Shown in pieces: positions 36,471 to 42,933 of a stretch of 42,933 nucleotides of DNA. Within the stretch, counting starts at the first letter, position 1. Every line of letters starts with the position of its first letter. Both the position numbers and the translations under genes were made by a program. Source of the DNA: Conidiobolus incongruus B7586 (Eukaryota); the NCBI GenBank assembly GCA_000697335.1, contig JNEM01009931.1, positions 1 to 42,933 on the forward strand, written 5' to 3'. The notes beneath the pieces were generated by a model. It saw only the letters and a list, made by a program, of their open reading frames with translations. It was not told the DNA's origin and did no database searches.

Positions 36471-39400
36471 TTATAGATTATTCGACTTGGATGTATAGTT
36501 GGGATCGAATATAGGTGCTGATTGAGGTAAGTCGGAGTTGATCGGTTGAACGTTACTAGTAGTAGGTGGTATTAATATGTTACTTTCGTTTATGTAGTGT
36601 GAGACACGCGAGAGGGTATGATTAGAACGTCTGAAATAAGGGTAATTACCAGGAGAACGCCATGGCATTTGCGAAAAATCAGCCGAAGTGTCAGTACCGT
36701 GTTGAGTGTAACATGTAGGAGGTCGAGATAATTCTGTTTCTGAGTTGAACCAAGACATGTGATTAGAGGTCATTAGTTGGGTTAAATTTTTTAATGTTAT
36801 GGGTGAAAGATAGCCAAGGGTATCAAGGAGATATTGTTTGGAATCATCGATATTGGAATCACTCTCATTGTTGATGAGGGTTTGATGTGATGTAAAATAG
36901 GCTAATGTTGTATCGGTGTTAGTGAATCTCTTATCTTGATTATTTGAATCAAGAAGTACGCTGGGTAGTACTATATTGTTTCCATACTCTGTCAAAGCCA
37001 AAGTAATCTTCTTGCGCTTTTCCCTTTCGTATTCAACCCATCGCTTCATAACAATACTTGAAGGATCAAATTCTTCATCTTTTTCACTTGCTCCATGTGT
37101 ATCTTTTCCTTTATCTCCATCAACCATTCTCGTTTGACCCCAAGTAAAATCATCAAAGTGCCAGAATGCATAAACTGGAAGGACAAAATTCCAGATCGGG
37201 AGAGATACCAAATAGATCAACATCCACCCCACATAACTAAGTCTTCTGGAGGTCATGAAAATTAAGATAGCTGGTAATCCCAGAATAACTGCAAGTAAAA
37301 TTAATGGAATCACTGGAACAGGGGGAACAAAGATTGCAACGCCAATAAGATAGAGTGTGAAGATAATTGCAGCAGGGAGTACAACAGTTCCAACCAATTC
37401 CATAAATATGACGAATTGCATGGAAAAGCAGAAAGTACCACACAATTCACGAGTGATCATCAGTTCTAATAAATTATGAACAGTGGAATTGATCCATCTT
37501 CTTCGCTGACTTAACAGTACGGAGAAAGTATCTGGAACTATAGTTTTACACACTGCTTGAGGTACAAAGATCAATTTTCTTGTCGGGAAAGTTCGCAACA
37601 TTAGGGTAGTCAAGAAGCGGTCTTCACCAAGCAATAGAAGGTTCTTTTGATGAAGAGTTTGAACCACATTTTCAGAATATTGATTAATGACATCTGGGTT
37701 GACCAGAATTGGAACCCAGTCGTCTTGCATTCCTTTTCTTACTTTAATCCTATACGCACAGAAGCACCCTGGTAGACATGTAACACCACCGAAGATGGAT
37801 TCAAATGCTTTGCTTAGATGGTGGCTGATGTAGTACTCAAATACCTGAATCATGGTCACCCAGCTGCCAGTCTTGTTTGCGATTTTTGTCTCTCCACAAA
37901 GACCCATGACCTTAGGATCTCTGGAAAAACATGCGATCATTCTAGTCAAAGAATCTGGATATACTTTTGTATCTGCATCCACCATCAAAACAGTCTCATA
38001 AACGTCAGGAGGTACTTTGGCAACATTCCAAATTGCATTGAACATTTCACTTTCCAATTCAGTCATGCGATCATTGAACATTACCTTTTGTAAGAAGCTC
38101 ATAAGAATCATTTGGCTGTCACGCTTACCACGATTGCCAGGTTTTGGAAGGTTTTGCTCATCTTTGGTTCCACATTTGACAACTAACACCATTGGAACTC
38201 TACCTCGGAAATGTGATGGTGATGCTGCAGCGAGTTCAGGATCTTGCTTTGAAGGGGCTGGAGGATTAGTCTGATAATAATAACCAGCGTATACTTTAGC
38301 CATATTTTCCCTTTTTGAATTTTCACCAATAGCGACATATTGATGGGGCTTCACATGTTCTGGAGGTATCACATAATCTTTCATCAGTGACAAACATATA
38401 TCGGGAGTGGAATCTTTATTTCCAGCTCCTTTGATTATTCCGTCAGCAACAACGAATAAAAGTTGATGACTGTTTGGATAGTCAGTATTTGCCAAAGAAT
38501 CTAAAGTTGATTTAATTCCTTCATAACCCTCTGAATAACACGTAACAAGTTGAATTGAGTAGGTTATTTGGAATCCAAGGCTATGCTCAATATTCATTGG
38601 TTCTATTATTTCTTGATCCTTTAATTTTCCTCCTTTGAAAAAGCGCTTTGTCTTACTAAATTCTGAACTGAGTGCCCCTAAGGAATATTTCGAAGTCCTG
38701 TTGGTATCATTGAGAGGATATGTAGTTATATTAGGGACATTAGATGGAATATCCGATGTACTACTCGGATTTGATGAAAAATATTGATCTTCTTCTGTCC
38801 ATGTTTCAATTTCTTGGAATCGTAACAATCGATCTTTATATGTTCGCTCATTCAAAGCACCCAATCTCCAGCTGACCACCCATCCAAAGAATACTGCTAA
38901 TGAGAATTTAGCTACAACCACTCCAATAATGACGAATAGACTCAGCCACATTATCACATCGCTGGCAATGCATCCCGGAGTTCTTGTATCTAGCATTCCT
39001 ACTCTTAATAGACTAATAATACATTGAGCTACATTAGGATGTAAATTTCTAAGGAAGAAACTAACATCTGTTCCAACATATGGCTTATCCAGATCCATCA
39101 GATCAGCCAATACTACCGACATACTTACTGTTCCCCTCAGCCACTTCAGGCGAGACAGGTCTATCACATGACTGCCAACCACAATGAGTTGATTTTCCCT
39201 GCGTTTAATATCCTTCCAAGTGTAGTACATGTCACCTACCTTTGGTAAATTCTTACTACTCTTAAAATTTAATCCAAAGTGGCATGCGGGATCAGTCGTA
39301 CTACCCTCAACAGGACCCGAAGAATAATAATCGATCGCGACACAAGGGAAGTATTTCGTAGGTTGATCAGTATTTTCATTTTCAATGGTCAATACACCGT

Positions 39401-40437
39401 TACAAACACCTGGATTATTCCTATCAATGGACTGGAATAGGAGTGAAAGATCTTTTGTTCCCGCGTCAAATGATGCATCATCCAATTTAAACCCTTCAGG
39501 ATGCTTATATTTTCCAATATCTACACCAGGGTGCTCAAATCTTGAAAAATCATAAACGTAACCATTTATCACAATTTCATTTTCTGTTAAACTTCCTACA
39601 TGAATCATACTTGAATGAGCTTGTGCTCCACAGAGTGCTTGTTGAATTCCAAAAGTTAGGAATCCTACTAAGAAACATAATATTAAAATAATGGTGACTA
39701 GTGCTACTTTCTCTCTCCACGCTTGCTGCACATTTGGATTAGTATAGCCAAAGCACTTGAGGATATATGGCGGGAAACAGCAGGTGAGCATCCAACTCGC
39801 AAGTTTCCAAAGACCGATCTTCTCCCCATCATGCTGGTTGATAAGCGGATGGTGGGGATGAGAGCGCATTCTACTCAATTTATTCGAGCGTGTGGAACCA
39901 TTTGATACCCACCTACGAATTTTCAATTGCTGAGGAGGTGCATTCGATTTTGACTTGGGATGATTTTCCGACATATTTCTGCTCAGCCTAAACGAATTTC
40001 TTCTCTTCTGCTCCTTGTCCTTTATACTGTCCAATGGATTGAATTTGCTCGGTGTACTCGTCTGTTTAATGATTGGAAATGAATCCGGTATCGCGTTGGG
40101 GTACTTGGATTTCATTTTGAAGAAATAATTGTCGCTTGCTGGAGGTATTGGATGCGTTGATTTAATACTCTCATTGGGTAAAAATGCTGCTCTTTCATTC
40201 GTCGTGGTATTAGTTTGTTTTGAAGTTGTACTTTGAGTCTTAGATTCATTAGAATCTGTTCTTGTAATAATCGAATCTCTACCTTCTAAAATTTGCTTAA
40301 TTATTCATGTTATTGCTAATATTAAATATAATGAGAATACCTGATGAAAAATTTTCATTGATAAAATAGCTTGAAATATTACTACTCTCATTATTGGATT
40401 GGTTTTTATTCTCTCTGGAATTATTATTACTAGTCAT
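36471..40437 (-). CDS. Chitin synthase, division 2 class IV-like (Chs3-type, cytochrome b5-like region, no myosin domain), 2 exons, about 1303 aa
   Basis: Motifs AWREKVAL, TCYSEG, GNRGKRDSQ, DADT, VTCLPGCF, LGEDRFLT, QRRRW, DDFTWGQTR. Exon 1 (40437-40341, MTSNNNSRENK...) joins exon 2 (40285-36471) in frame across a 55-nt GT..AG intron (40340-40286). Confidence 0.93.
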
Positions 40438-42144
40438 ATTATTTCACCTTTTTAATACGATATTAAAATATTTAATAATCAATCAAAAAGGCTTAAACCT
40501 GTATAATAATAATAATAATAATAATCCAATTCTTAATCAATAGCCAATTATTAAATAATTCAGGGAAAAAAGTACGCAAACTAAGTTAAAAATGATAAAT
40601 AAAATAAAAACTTCGAATTATCAAAATAAACACAGTGAAAAATAAAAACAAAGAAAAAATCAAAATCAGTCAAGGACCTACAATTGATTATATATTCCAA
40701 ACTTTTAATTATCTATTAATTGCTATTTTGGTTAGTTAACCCAATTTTCAAATGTTTGAATTAACTATTATGAAACGTTAGAAAAACAGTAAAACTCGAG
40801 TTAATATTATTTTTAATTGGAATGGGATTGATGAATGCCTGAATTTCATTGGTCAATCCATTGGAGATTTAGTGATTCGAACTCTTATGTTCATAGGCTT
40901 CAAATCCTTATTTCGAGGACTTGAGCGTGTTCATCCCCGCATTCGTTTACTCAATTCGATGTAAATTCCAAGTTGTCAAATTAGCAACTTTTAATTAATT
41001 GCAATGCCTTTTATTTCTATTGACATTTAGAATACCGCCTTTGAATTAATATTAGATTATATGTATTAATTCCCATAACAATAATTGCAATTACTTGTCT
41101 AAGAAGAATTCAAGGTAATCCAAATATCTTGGGATAAATTTTCCAAATTCCTAACTAGATCAAGTTAAAATTATCAAAATATTTATAAGGAAAATAAAAA
41201 TTTTATATTAAATGCTTTTTATGTTTGAAATCCACAGTACACTAATATAATTTTAGCGTCATTACTAAAATTTTATTTAGTTTCACTAATTTCATTTGAG
41301 TAGTGAATATTTTTGAATTATTTGTTTATTTTTATATTATTCAAGTTGGTACCTTATTAAAGTTAATTTGTAAACATTATCAAAAATTCATAGTTTTATT
41401 AATAGATATCATTTTTTATCTTTCAATTCAATTGCGTTCTATTATTATTATAATTGAATAGTACAAGTATTACTATTGAAGGATCAAACTGATTAATTTG
41501 TTTTAACTCAATAGCCCTCATCTGTAATCTTTATTTAGGCTGCATTATATTGTACAAAGTAGACTATAATCACGTCAAAGTTCAAAATATTGATATTAAA
41601 GTATATTATAATTGTGTATTATATTGATTCTAATTTAGATATCAGTTTCTAATCCGTTTTTTAAAGAAAAGATTATATAGATACCATTAGGTATTTTTCA
41701 TGGAATTTTAATACCAATCCAAAACATTGTTATTTTTGAAAAACTAAACTTAAATAGATTAGGGGAAATATTGAAATTCTAAATACTTCAATATTATTTG
41801 AGAAATAAGCATCAAACTCAAATCTATAACGTATTGATAATTCAATCTTTTTTTCATATATTTGTTATAACTATGATATAATTGATTAATATCCTTGTTA
41901 TTATATTGTATACCAATATTATTGTTTTTTAATATGTGAAAAAAATCTTTCATATAATATGGTATTATAGATTAAAAATTTCATATAATTTTAAATAGTG
42001 TATTTTATGTATTAATAAAATTCAATATAAACACTTTATAATATAATATAAATAATAAGTATATTCAAAATAGTTAAGAAATTAGTTGAATGTAAATACC
42101 AATTATTGAAATATTTTAAAGGTAAAATTTCTGAGGTATTTAAT

Positions 42145-42420
42145 TTAAAATAATTTAAATTTATTGAGACTAAACAAATATGAATTGATCTGTGGTTCAG
42201 GGAGCCAGGAATAGTGCTCCTCTAGGGCATTAAATACATGAAGAGTCATCACAATTATTAATATTTTATACATGAATCCAGTCTTACTGCCAATTGAGAG
42301 TCCCAAAATATTACAAAAGAGGGTTGATACAAATAGAAAAGCATAGAGCATCATATACAATCCCAGAGGAAATGATGGAAAGTTAGGGTTGAACTTGTCA
42401 AGTATACTAGTTGTATACAT
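42145..42420 (-). CDS. Small hydrophobic ORF with about two TM-like segments; possible truncated gene or first exon
   Basis: ATG-started 91-aa ORF with coding-like GC; hydrophobic runs GLYMMLYAFLFVSTLFCNILGLSIG and FMYKILIIVMTLHVF. No continuation found. Confidence 0.3.
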   Translation of the reverse strand: MYTTSILDKFNPNFPSFPLGLYMMLYAFLFVSTLFCNILGLSIGSKTGFMYKILIIVMTLHVFNALEEHYSWLPEPQINSYLFSLNKFKLF

Positions 42421-42933
42421 ATTAAGGAACCATATCCATATTATTTAATAAAGGTTATTTCTAATAATAGCAATATAATCTGTTTATAATAAAATGGTTT
42501 CATTAATAATTAATATAAATATTCTACTTGAAGTTAATACTTTAAATGAATGGGATATTTATATTAAGTTAGAGGAAAGGGGCTTATTAATCCAATGGTT
42601 AGAAGATAGGAGTTTCTTTGTCATTGAGGTTTTACAATTAGACTTATATAGTTATTGGGTAAATACAAGTATATTACAATAAAATTCAATATTTAATATT
42701 GAAAAAAATTAACTATTATATTCAAATTAAAATATTTGAATTAATATATATTATATTGACATAATAGTTAGCAATTAGTATGATAGATCTTATAATCTGA
42801 GTTTAATTCTCAATAAGAGTTTTAAGATATATAATTAATTTTTCAAAACAATATTATTATTAAGTACTTTAAAGTTAATTATATTTATATTAATTGATAT
42901 AATATTTTTAATATATTTTTATTCTTAATATAT

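Noticed and set aside
15078..39905. Antisense or alternate-frame ORFs overlapping the lipases, SABATH gene and chitin synthase
   Set aside because: Shadow ORFs of real genes with no recognisable motifs.
40860..40955. tRNA-Sec-like anticodon loop (AGG-CTTCAAA)
   Set aside because: Anticodon, T and acceptor stems do not pair canonically; no 9/4 fold can be built.
1..42933. Alternative genetic code, CRISPR array, rRNA, or organellar/prokaryotic origin
   Set aside because: Intact genes read through in the standard code with spliceosomal introns; in-frame stops occur only in decayed elements; no regularly spaced repeats or rRNA-like sequence seen.

Overview
Extremely AT-rich eukaryotic window. 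The class IV chitin synthase, 49-55 nt GT-AG introns, kelch-TM protein and class 3 lipases point to an early-diverging fungus; an Entomophthoromycotina-like origin is my inference only. There are five clear intact protein genes: a kelch beta-propeller type I membrane protein (-), two divergently oriented secreted class 3 lipases, a 3-exon SABATH-family carboxyl methyltransferase with a tandem pseudogene copy, and a 2-exon class IV chitin synthase. There is also one tRNA-Pro(AGG). The rest is a transposon graveyard: five mariner copies from two families, all heavily decayed by C>T/G>A changes, and about a dozen short (about 210-515 bp) solo-LTR-like elements, several with 4- or 5-bp target-site duplications (TSDs). 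Most notable are (i) RIP-like transition hypermutation of the long repeats while short LTRs keep their GC, (ii) the lipase-pair/SABATH-pair neighbourhood, and (iii) a shared ATAT/ATAA target preference among LTR families. Gene models and element boundaries were derived by eye; no database search was run.
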